In this document: positions 17,257-26,158 of the stretch, piece by piece
How positions within the stretch are numbered: position 1 is the stretch's first letter
Layout of the letters: every line of letters begins with the position of its first letter
Virus record (IMG/VR): IMGVR_UViG_3300045988_147571
DNA length: 64,000 nucleotides
Source: a virus
Reading direction: 5' to 3' (one strand)
Notes under the pieces: generated by a model
Database searches by the model: none
The model's input: the letters and a program-made list of their open reading frames with translations, nothing else
What the model was told of the DNA's origin: nothing
Made by a program: the position numbers and the translations under genes

Positions 17257-17661
17257 TCAATACCTTCTTTCTAAATAATACGTTTCGCTTGCAAAACGAA
17301 CTAAAGCACCTTCTTCAGCTGCACATATGCTGACAGGAGATGTATTTGTGACAACAGCAGACTTAATATAATCGTCCACTGTCTTTGAGGTTCCGTTGTT
17401 AGAAACCACACAAGATACTGTATCTCCTACTGTGAAGCCTTTTCCTTTGTAGCTCCAGGTGCATTTATCTGGAGATACAATAGATACAGAACGTCCAGAA
17501 ACAAAATAGACAGTGCCCGTCATTGGACGAGTACTGTCTTCGTTTGCTTTGGTCGGCTTAACTACTGCTAATAGGAACAGCAGAGCTATGAATAGCCCTA
17601 ACAGTGATGGGATAATGATTTCCCTTATGAGTTTTCGTTTGATTCTATCTGCCTTATTCAT
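17257..17661 (-). CDS. Membrane-anchored hypothetical protein
   Basis: N-terminal IIIPSLLGLFIALLFLLAVV is a TM helix. Confidence 0.65.
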   Translation of the reverse strand: MNKADRIKRKLIREIIIPSLLGLFIALLFLLAVVKPTKANEDSTRPMTGTVYFVSGRSVSIVSPDKCTWSYKGKGFTVGDTVSCVVSNNGTSKTVDDYIKSAVVTNTSPVSICAAEEGALVRFASETYYLERRY

Positions 17662-17819
17662 AACGATTTCCTCCTAGCTACAATTTCAGCAGAACGTTTT
17701 TCATACATTTCCTTGCTGATTGTCTTTTTATTCCAATATGCATTGCGCACTTCTTCCCAGATACAGGAAAGTTCAAAACTTGTTTTCGCTTGTGCGATTC
17801 TGGTTTTATAATTCTGCAT
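17658..17819 (-). CDS. Unlisted 53-aa ORF with IVARRK tail
   Basis: ATG 17819 follows a GGAGGGAAATC SD. It ends GCT AGG AGG AAA TCG TTA TGA, overlapping ATG 17661. Confidence 0.5.
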   Translation of the reverse strand: MQNYKTRIAQAKTSFELSCIWEEVRNAYWNKKTISKEMYEKRSAEIVARRKSL

Positions 17820-17829
17820 GATTTCCCTC

Positions 17830-18393
17830 CTAGAAATTTCCTTCTATAATGTCCATGTCTGCATAGCTTACTACTTCGCCTGTGAACATGTTTACAGTGA
17901 GTTCATAATCCGGTCCCTTGACAGGAACGAACAGACATTTTTTAAGCTTCTTATTTCCTTTCCAGAGAAGAGAGAGTTCGTTTGTGCTTGGGTACATTAC
18001 TGGAATACATCCATAGTTAAACAATTCACTGTGACTGAGAATCAGTACAGCTGCTTTCTTTTCCTTTGCGGAAAGAGTTTTGTAGAACTTAGGGAAAAAA
18101 CTATAATCATACTCGCTAAAGAATTCTGTCAGTTTCTCTTTAACAAGGTTGATGATTTCCCTGTGCTTTGCTTTGCCTTCTGTAATGTCTAACCAAGTGT
18201 TGTTGTATTCTGCCCATTCCACAAGGTCAGAGATATACTGACAGAACTGTTCTGATGTGTAGCTGAAAGAAAATTCATTGAGTACATCTGTCCAGTTTCC
18301 ATTGTTACAGATGTAGAGTTCTCTGCCTAAAACAGATTTCAGCTCTACTGATGTGGTTTTCTTGTTGATGATTCTTGTAATAGTCTTTGTCAT
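17830..18393 (-). CDS. Hypothetical protein
   Basis: Track ORF to 18429. The likely start is ATG 18393, after AGGAGGAAAATT. Confidence 0.65.
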   Translation of the reverse strand: MTKTITRIINKKTTSVELKSVLGRELYICNNGNWTDVLNEFSFSYTSEQFCQYISDLVEWAEYNNTWLDITEGKAKHREIINLVKEKLTEFFSEYDYSFFPKFYKTLSAKEKKAAVLILSHSELFNYGCIPVMYPSTNELSLLWKGNKKLKKCLFVPVKGPDYELTVNMFTGEVVSYADMDIIEGNF

Positions 18394-18493
18394 AATTTTC
18401 CTCCTGCCTTTTAAAGTGGCATAACTCATAGATTAATGCTCTATCAAGGTTTGACCTTGCCTTGTCTACTCCTCGTAGAAATAGAGCATCTGC

Positions 18494-18889
18494 TTAGATA
18501 TACATTACTCTCCGGAAATCGTGAAGCGGTTCCTTTGTACATTCATAATCAGTAGTATATGAACTGCTACCTAAACGACTGCCGCCAGAAGCACGTTTCT
18601 TTTTTCTGGAGTGACTCATCAGTGCAGCATAATTCTTATGGGATTTCTTCTGCTGAACTGACTTCCTATAGTAAGCCCACATGATTTCAGTGAGCTGATT
18701 CTTCTCGTAGGTGCGCACCCATCCCTGTTTAGGGAGATGCACGTATATCTCAATCTTCTTACTGCGAGAATGATTGAAGTCACTACATACTAGACATGCG
18801 CCATTGTCTAATGTCAGTACAACCGAGTTCATAGAAAAAGCTCTCCCGTAAACAAAGTCACGGGAGAGCAGATGATACACTCTATACAT
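18494..18889 (-). CDS. Hypothetical basic protein
   Basis: ORF track. Confidence 0.6.
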   Translation of the reverse strand: MYRVYHLLSRDFVYGRAFSMNSVVLTLDNGACLVCSDFNHSRSKKIEIYVHLPKQGWVRTYEKNQLTEIMWAYYRKSVQQKKSHKNYAALMSHSRKKKRASGGSRLGSSSYTTDYECTKEPLHDFRRVMYI

Positions 18890-18898
18890 GATAACCTC

Positions 18899-19723
18899 CT
18901 ATGCAAAGTAGTGCTTAATTACAATGTTAGAGATGGTGGTAGCAAGGCCTGAATAGTCATACTGCATCTCTCCGGTCTTTTTGTCCTTCTTCTCCTTGAC
19001 TAATTTAGTCAACTGTCTGGAAGAGAATGACACTTTGCCAGAATCATCCTGTGAGAACTTATTCTTGAAACCTTTAATGTAGCAATCATTCAAGAGTTTC
19101 TTATCCTCTGCTGTCATCTTCACACGGGTCTTAGAGGTATAAGGTGTTTCAAAAGGTAGAGAGAATGTCACCTTGATAATTCGCTCCAATTCCTGTGAAG
19201 CTGTTTTATAAGCCTGTTTAACCTCTTTAGACATTACAAGATTACCATCTTCGCCAGCTTTAGAGGTTACGTGGATGGTTTCCAGTGCTTCATAGAGTTC
19301 AGGACTTTTGAAAGCTGGAATAATGGCATACTTCACCAGCTTAGAGTTGTCCCATGTGCCGAGCACACGAAGTACTGTACGCACTACGTCCTTGTCATTG
19401 CCAAAATGGTCAGCATTCTTCTGAGACATTGTGTCTACTACAAGTGTGTGGACTTCTTCTGTCTCAGCAGCAGACTCCTCCTGTGCAGCTTTTTCGTCCT
19501 TTAAGGACTGAAGCTGGACTTTCAGAGCTTCCAATTCTTCTGGCGTAGTGGTAGACTCAGCCTCTTCGCCTTTTTCAATCTTCTTCTCAAGAGAAACAAT
19601 CTGTCTGTCAAGTTCTTGAATGTTCATAAGTGCTGTCTCATGGGAAATAGCAGTCATAAACTCAGACCGCTGTTCTTCTGTGATATTCTCTGCCCAAAAA
19701 TTAATTGATAATGTAGTTGTCAT
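18899..19723 (-). CDS. First gene of the leftward operon, coiled-coil hypothetical protein
   Basis: ORF track. TAGGAGGAAAATACT ATG. Confidence 0.7.
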   Translation of the reverse strand: MTTTLSINFWAENITEEQRSEFMTAISHETALMNIQELDRQIVSLEKKIEKGEEAESTTTPEELEALKVQLQSLKDEKAAQEESAAETEEVHTLVVDTMSQKNADHFGNDKDVVRTVLRVLGTWDNSKLVKYAIIPAFKSPELYEALETIHVTSKAGEDGNLVMSKEVKQAYKTASQELERIIKVTFSLPFETPYTSKTRVKMTAEDKKLLNDCYIKGFKNKFSQDDSGKVSFSSRQLTKLVKEKKDKKTGEMQYDYSGLATTISNIVIKHYFA

Positions 19724-20056
19724 AGTATTTTCCTCCTAGTGCTTTTAAGGGAAAAGCATAACCATGATTTATAAACGTGTTTAGTGTGTAAAAAAATATG
19801 CACACTTTACAAGCCCATAGAATGAGCCTGTGAACTATGCATAAAAATTATAGCTGTCAGAGGTTATCGGTCATGCTGGCAGGCATTACCCTACACAAAG
19901 AACAACAGGTGTTACCCTGTCTGTCTGCCTCTATAACTTAACAGCTATCTCATATGTATTTCTCGCCCCTTGAAGTGTGGTTATGAATCGGGGGCAAGCA
20001 CCTTTTTTTTAGTAGGTGAATTATTTATTTTTAAGAACCTTTTACGGTTCGCCGTT

Positions 20057-20111
20057 CTTTCAAACTTCTGGAAGCTTACCACTGCCTAGAATATGGACAG
20101 AAGTTTGAAAG
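20057..20111. repeat. Perfect 14-bp hairpin flanked by 7-bp direct repeats
   Basis: CTTTCAAACTTCTG (20057..20070) pairs with CAGAAGTTTGAAAG (20098..20111). GCCGTTC abuts both arms. Confidence 0.8.
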
Positions 20112-20419
20112 CCGTTCGCATAAGGGAATCACCCTCTTCTCTAGGCTTATGCCTAGAGGTCGCATACAAGTAATAAACTGATATGCTGGAGACTTTTCGG
20201 GACAGTCTCTTAAAATCCGCATATGAAATTTGTATAGGGAAAAACCGTAAAGGAAAAATTTTTTAATGGACAGAACATCCCCCTAGCACCTTCCCACCTG
20301 TTACCGCAGCTTTTGTATCTATCTAGGATAGCAACTACTTACTACGCAAGTGGTACAATGTTTTTTTATGAAATTGTCAAACCTGTAATCTTCTCAACTC
20401 CTCTCCTGTTGATGTACCT

Positions 20420-20448
20420 ATCATACTACGCAATAGGTAGTATGTCAA
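20420..20448 (-). promoter_or_regulatory. Leftward early promoter (TTGACA-17-TATGAT)
   Basis: Minus sense reads TTGACA tactacctattgcgtag TATGAT. Confidence 0.7.
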
Positions 20449-20550
20449 GTACTTTTTTGAAAAAGTTTTATTTGCTGCTTTAGGAATTTTTCTGTGGATT
20501 CCAGAACCACCGCTTGAACTTGCCGACCGCTTTTCCTTATCGACACGTTT

Positions 20551-20579
20551 ATACTACTACGCCATAGGTATTTTGTCAA
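20551..20579 (-). promoter_or_regulatory. Leftward early promoter (TTGACA-17-TAGTAT)
   Basis: Minus sense reads TTGACA aaatacctatggcgtag TAGTAT. The spacer is nearly identical to that of the 20420 promoter. Confidence 0.65.
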
Positions 20580-20810
20580 CAGTTTTTTGAAAATATTTTT
20601 ATTTACACGTTTACAAAAGTCTGCAAACCCGCATAAATACAGGCTTTTTGGCATGAAAAAAAGTTTTTTCTGAAATAATTCCTTCCTATTAAAGCGAAAA
20701 AATGAGTTAGGGTGGATCTCCTGTTGCTATACAAGGTGTAGTATGTATTACACAATGTATAAATATACAGTATGTCAGACGTATGACAAGATGTGATTAT
20801 ATACGGATTG

Positions 20811-20864
20811 TAAGACGTATTAACAGAAGTAGTATAGATGAACTATACAAAGTAATACGTCTTA
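20811..20864. promoter_or_regulatory. Nested palindrome, candidate operator
   Basis: TAAGACGTATTA (20811..20822) is the exact inverted repeat of TAATACGTCTTA (20853..20864), with an inner GTATAG/CTATAC pair. A third AGACGTAT half-site lies near 20778. Confidence 0.5.
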
Positions 20865-20896
20865 TAAAAGATAATATGTCAGATAATATATATAGT

Positions 20897-21073
20897 TTAT
20901 TCAATTATGTCTGCAATTCGTGATTTAATGAAAGTTGACACTGCAATGTTGTTAGAATCACAATATTTTTTGAGTTTTTCGTATTGTTCAATTCGCAAAC
21001 TGACAGTTGCGGATTTCATATTCTTTTTATCCCACTCTTTAGCATATTTCTTGTTATATTCATAATTCGACAT
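20897..21073 (-). CDS. Ribbon-helix-helix (Arc/CopG-like) regulator, 58 aa, not in the ORF track
   Basis: ATG 21073 follows an AAGAGGTG SD. MSNYEYNKKYAKEWDKKNMKSATVSLRIEQYEKLKKYCDSNNIAVSTFIKSRIADIIE shows the beta-strand, helix, helix pattern. Confidence 0.6.
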   Translation of the reverse strand: MSNYEYNKKYAKEWDKKNMKSATVSLRIEQYEKLKKYCDSNNIAVSTFIKSRIADIIE

Positions 21074-21191
21074 AAATATACACCTCTTTTCTATTCAATT
21101 TGTTGAATTGTAAATACAATTAAACATCTAGTAAGAATTATTAGATAATTTACTACAAAAGAAAACAATTGTCAGAAACATTGAGTTTTAA

Positions 21192-21368
21192 AGTAAAATT
21201 GTATTCATAATCTTAAAAACACTATGCTTCGATCAGAGAAACCAGACACAATTCAATACAATTCGCTATATTGTACGAATATTCTAATTACTTTAGTACT
21301 GTAAAATTCTGTAGTATTATCACTGCAAAATTTTTCAATTGTAAAATTTCAATACTATAAAATTTTGC
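21192..21368. repeat. Iteron-like cluster of [GCA]-[TC]-AAAATT motifs
   Basis: GTAAAATT occurs 3 times, plus GCAAAATT and ATAAAATT, within about 170 bp of AT-rich non-coding DNA. Confidence 0.55.
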
Positions 21369-21827
21369 TACGGTACGAATGCTACGCACTGATTTATTAA
21401 AGTATACTAGGGCTATCCACTTTTACGCTTTAAAGTCCCAAAAACAGGGTTTGTGTATTACGATAGTTTTTACCATTGCACTATCCCCACCTTTCCTAGT
21501 ACTTAACTAGGTTTAGTTGAACGCATGTTCTTTTCGCTCTATTTTGCGCCCATTCTGTACCAAACCAGCTCTAAAATGTTAGAAAATAAGCATTTTCGAA
21601 CCTTTTACAGGAGGGGGTACTTATGCCCAGCGAGCCGTTCAGGTCCTGGATTTCCGCCCTATGCTGGTGTTTTTAGACACCAAGTCCAAATTTCGGATCA
21701 TGTTCCCAGATTCTCTGATCATCACATCTCTCTCACTCGTTTTTCAGATCAGAGTTTCTTCCTTATTTATATACGTTTCTCCGCTACACCTATTTTTATT
21801 TTTCTAAACAAGTTTGTAAATCACATG

Positions 21828-21856
21828 TTGACTTTTGGTCTAAACAATGTTATAAT
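21828..21856 (+). promoter_or_regulatory. Rightward promoter with extended -10 (TTGACT-17-TGtTATAAT)
   Basis: TTGACT at 21828..21833 and TATAAT at 21851..21856, followed by a TATCCC-GAAA-GGGATA hairpin and AGGAGG. Confidence 0.75.
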
Positions 21857-21897
21857 ACACTTATCCCGAAAGGGATAGAAAATCACAGGAGGCACAT

Positions 21898-22167
21898 ATG
21901 AACGACATTACTCTTATTGGAGTCAACATTACCTAAGAACTCCAAAAACAGCTAGATTCCCACAAATCAGCTATTTTATCTACTGCACCTCCAGAGGCAG
22001 TAAAAGGCTACGACCTAGGCGTACAAAACACTCTTCTACTCTTAGAATCACTTCTCTCATCTCTTGAACCCAACGAGTTCCTGATCAATACCACAGATTC
22101 CCACTTAAATGAGTATGACTATGATGAGCTTGAAGCTTTAGTCCGTAAACAAGTTTATAAATCATAA
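21898..22167 (+). pseudogene. First rightward ORF, 89 codons with an in-frame TAA at codon 13
   Basis: AGGAGG, then ATG 21898 MNDITLIGVNIT, TAA (21934..21936), then 76 open codons ELQKQLDSHK...VRKQVYKS with no start codon. The stop is at 22165. Confidence 0.5.
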
Positions 22168-22178
22168 GGAGCATTTAT

Positions 22179-23252
22179 ATGAAAACTTTTACTAATATCC
22201 ACACATTACTATACCACATTAATAATTCAATTTCAATCCCTCTTAGATACTCTATGATTGAAGGTACCACATGGTTCATCGGCAAAGATGTTGCAGCCAT
22301 CTGTGGGTACAAAGACACATGGCGAGCTATAAAATACCATGTTTCACCTGAGAATACTGATTATACCATTTTTAATTCCCGTAAACTTATCATCATCAAT
22401 TATGCAGGATTCAAAGAAATAGACCCTACTGAAGGACATCTAAACTGGTTTCTGAAAGAAACTAAGTCAGACTCGCCCACTGTGTTCAATCATCCAGAAT
22501 TTGGCACTGTCAGAATAATAGAGGTTTCCGGAAAACCCTGGTTCGTAGGTAAGGATGTAGCTACCGCCTTGGGATATGCAAATCCTACAAAGGCTGCTAG
22601 AGAGAAAGTTTTCCAAGAGGATCGAGGGATGTCCAAAATAGACACCCCCTCTGGAGCACAACAAATGACTATTATTAACGAATCCGGACTTTACTCCCTT
22701 ATCCTCAGCAGCAAGCTTCCATCAGCAAAAGAGTTCAAGCACTGGGTTACAGCAGAGGTACTCCCTTCTATCCGTAAGACAGGGGGCTATGTTAACCCAT
22801 CACAATCCGATCTTTTCCTAGATACCTATCTCCCATTTGCAGATCAGAACACTCGACTTCTTTTTAAGACTACTCTTGATACTATCCAGCAACAGAACAA
22901 TACTATCCAGCAACAGAATCACACTATTTCACATCAAGAAGACATCATTCGTAATCTTACATCAGACATTCCATTAGCAGATAAACGTCAGATCCTCAAT
23001 AGAATTGTACGCTTCGGAGGAAGTCCTCAAACACGTTGGCCATTCCTCTACAGAGAGTTCGACAATAAGTTCCATATGAATACTAAAGTACAGCTTGAAC
23101 ATTACAATGAGACGCATAAACCTAAGCTGCAGAACCGTTTAGATTACATAGAGCACATTGGTATGTTCAATGATTTAGCTGAAATAGCATGTGTAATCTT
23201 CGGTCCAGACATCGAGAAATTGTCTGCTCAGTATTATGAAATCTGTAAGTAA
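22179..23252 (+). CDS. BRO-N domain protein (two BRO-N-like repeats)
   Basis: TWFIGKDVAAICGY and GKPWFVGKDVATALGYANP...INESGLYSLILSSKLPSAKEFKHWVTAEVLPSIRKTGGY. Has an internal TIQQQN tandem repeat. Confidence 0.7.
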   Translation: MKTFTNIHTLLYHINNSISIPLRYSMIEGTTWFIGKDVAAICGYKDTWRAIKYHVSPENTDYTIFNSRKLIIINYAGFKEIDPTEGHLNWFLKETKSDSPTVFNHPEFGTVRIIEVSGKPWFVGKDVATALGYANPTKAAREKVFQEDRGMSKIDTPSGAQQMTIINESGLYSLILSSKLPSAKEFKHWVTAEVLPSIRKTGGYVNPSQSDLFLDTYLPFADQNTRLLFKTTLDTIQQQNNTIQQQNHTISHQEDIIRNLTSDIPLADKRQILNRIVRFGGSPQTRWPFLYREFDNKFHMNTKVQLEHYNETHKPKLQNRLDYIEHIGMFNDLAEIACVIFGPDIEKLSAQYYEICK

Positions 23253-23356
23253 ATTTTGATTCTACAGTGAGAGGCTTACAACTTTACAGTGAGCCTCTTA
23301 CAAAAGAAATTTGATCCATATACTCAAATAAAATCATTATATAGGGGGTAAGAAAG

Positions 23357-24223
23357 TTGATTGACACCACAAAAATTTTACCGGGTCAAGAATTTAAAAA
23401 TATGCAGGAACTGTCAGTAGCACTTACTGGTCAGAAGATGCCAGCCGGTAAAGGTTATGTTCTACAGCAGGAGAAATTTAAACTGTATTTCTCATGGAAA
23501 AAAGTTACAGGATCTCATAAATTGATCATTGATGAAGTATATAAAGAACCAAAGACTAAAACTAAACGCAAACAGAAAGAGTATTGTCCACATGGAAAGT
23601 ATAATGCAGCAATCTATGCAAATTTACAGCAATTAGAACTCAATAAAAAATATTCTGTGACAGATCTCTATGAACTCTTAGGGTTTACGAGTGACAGATT
23701 TACGAGACCAAAATATTTTTTAGATTGTGTGAATGCAACAGAACTCTCTCTTTCTTCTTATAGATATTTTCATAAAAAAATAAATTGTATCATTGCACAA
23801 ATATTATATATAAATTTGAGGAAGTTTGAAGAAAAAGGCTGTATCTCATATCATATGGACTATGCCTATACATTCAGAGAAGGGCATAAGCCAGTAGACA
23901 TTCCAATAGACTATATGGAAGATATAAAAGCTCAAGCTTTAGCACAAACTTCATATAAAGATGAGTGGTCTGTCTTACATAGTTCCAAAGCAAAAGAATA
24001 CACTGATTTTATTCTTAAAAGATTGGAGCCGCTAGGAGTAAAAAGATATACAAAATGTTACGTATTTACTGAAATTAAGCAGTTTAATACTCTTCCGTTA
24101 TCAGACCCTCATATTCTAAACAATTTAATAATACAAAAGTTGAAAGATGCAAGTTCCAAATATGATGTGCTGAATAACAAAAAAATGAATTCAATAATTG
24201 ACACCGCTGTCAGGTTGCAATAG
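23357..24223 (+). CDS. Hypothetical protein
   Basis: ORF track, TTG start after AGGGGGTAAG. Confidence 0.6.
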   Translation: MIDTTKILPGQEFKNMQELSVALTGQKMPAGKGYVLQQEKFKLYFSWKKVTGSHKLIIDEVYKEPKTKTKRKQKEYCPHGKYNAAIYANLQQLELNKKYSVTDLYELLGFTSDRFTRPKYFLDCVNATELSLSSYRYFHKKINCIIAQILYINLRKFEEKGCISYHMDYAYTFREGHKPVDIPIDYMEDIKAQALAQTSYKDEWSVLHSSKAKEYTDFILKRLEPLGVKRYTKCYVFTEIKQFNTLPLSDPHILNNLIIQKLKDASSKYDVLNNKKMNSIIDTAVRLQ

Positions 24224-24248
24224 AGCGAAAGGCGAAGCCTGAGGTCTG

Positions 24249-24345
24249 AACACATGAAAGTTTTTTCAGCGCTACTTTCTACACTCGGCGGTTAAGCGCC
24301 TCGCCTAAAGCAGCTGCTTCTGAAAAAATTTTGCGTTCAGACGGT
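24249..24345 (+). terminator. Long plus-strand hairpin followed by a T-run (terminator or processing element)
   Basis: GTCTGAAC...AAAGTTTTTTCAG pairs with CTGAAAAAATTTT...GTTCAGAC. The G-U pair is valid only on the plus strand. GTTTTTTG lies 7 nt downstream. Confidence 0.45.
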
Positions 24346-24511
24346 GATTGTTTTTTGTTACACCAAAAAAATATAGTAATTATTTTTTATATAAATAATA
24401 ATTATTGTTTTTTACAGGTGTAATAAATCCAACTCGAACTGATTGAACGAATGAGTGAAGCGAATGAGAGAAAGAAAGTAAGACCCTCATAGCTCGCTAC
24501 CAAAGAAAGGA

Positions 24512-26158
24512 ATGATTACAATAGCAAAGCAGAAAAAATGTAAAAGATACTTATTCAAGCTCCACAGTGAACGTCTTCGTAGATCACGCTGGAAGCTAGA
24601 ATATCCATTAGAGGAAGCTCTAAACACAGAAGACATTATTTCTCTGTCTGATAGCCAGATTCTTAGATTCATTGATGAACTCAACGGAGACACCAGTGAA
24701 GCCAGAGAAGAAGAAGCTTCTTATATAAAGAAAGAAATCAAGCGTCTCAAAAAATCTGATTCTTCTAAGAAAGATACTCTCATAGCAAATCTCTATAAAA
24801 GATTCTATAATCTTCAATTTGTTCCAGATTACATGTGCCTGATCATTGATAAAATGTCTGATTATGACAGAGCCAACAAAGGTTTCTCTATCAATGGAGT
24901 CAAATATCATAGGTTCCTAGGTACCAACGGGGGTATAAAAAATTCTACTATTGTTTATGTCTCTGAAAGACTATATCCCCAGCTCTATGAGCGTCTCTGC
25001 TGTGGCAGGAACCTAGAACAAAAATTTGTACCAGCTAAACTTGAAGCATATCAGGCTCTGATCTGTTCTGGCAGCATTCCAGTGAGTATGCCAAAAGGGG
25101 TTATAGTTGTCCCTGACTGCGTTACTCATTTTAAAGAAGACATTATTCGTGTGGATGATTCCCAGTCTGATGAACCAATAGTAGAATTCCTCAAGGACCA
25201 AGAAATAGAGCTTACAGAATCAGACGGTTACGGAATCATGCTTCCATCACTCTCTTACCGCTGGGCTAGAGAACTTGACGAAGAAGAAGATTTTTTATCT
25301 GGCTGTAATCTCAGAGGGCTTCCATGGACAAAGGGCATGGTTTTCACAATGGACTACTTAGCTTTTGGGGAATCTATAGCGAAAAACTTCTATATAAAAG
25401 ATGCCTGGGGAGATATGAGAGACATCAGAGAATCTGAATTGATTATTACTACTTCTATGCTTAAACTATGGGACTCCTACTCTTCTTTCGAAGATTACTG
25501 GTCCAACATAGAAAAATATCATTATCAGATATCTATAGCCAAGACTGCTCCTGCTAAATTGGATGAGTACAGAAGCACTAATTACCAGTTCCTGCAGAAT
25601 TACCATCTTACACCGGAAGAAGTAACTGAATTGGTCCGTCCTACAATAGAAGAAATTCAAGAAATCCTTGGATTAGATTACAGGAAGTCACTCCTATTCC
25701 TGAGAGGAACCAATCTAACAGAAGATTCCTACATTGATGAAGAGCCATATATCAACGCTCTCATGATTGAGCCGCAGATGATTCATGATCCCTACATCAG
25801 AGACAGAATCTACAATATGATAAAGAAAAAAATCAGGCAAGCCAAGATAGGCGTACTCAAAGTGAGAGGTAACTTTGCCATCATTGGTGGTGATCCGTAT
25901 AGCCTGATGCAGAGTATCTTTGGTTTGCCTGTTACAGGACTACTCCACTCTGGAGAATGTTGGCATAAACATTGGCTTGATCGAGGAGTCAGCGAGGTCT
26001 GCTGCTTCAGAGCACCTATGACAAGCAAATACAATGTGCGTAAGCTTAAGATAGTAGGGACTCCTGATATGACTTATTGGTACAGATATATAAATACATG
26101 TATGCTGCTGAATTCCTGGGATTCTACTGCGGAAGCCCTCAACGGCAGCGACAAGGAT
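24512..26158 (+). CDS. YonO/RdRP-like single-subunit RNA polymerase, exon 1
   Basis: FRAPMTSKYNVRKLKIVG...LLNSWDSTAEALNGSDKD. After splicing this reads SDKDGDLYF, a DxDGD metal-binding motif of the double-psi-barrel RNAP/RdRP type. Confidence 0.6.

Noticed and set aside
21525-21878. 117-aa plus-strand ORF in the control region
   Set aside because: It has no SD, runs through the rightward promoter and its leader hairpin, and its composition looks non-coding. A 17-codon mini-ORF with a strong SD at about 21633 was also judged too short to call.
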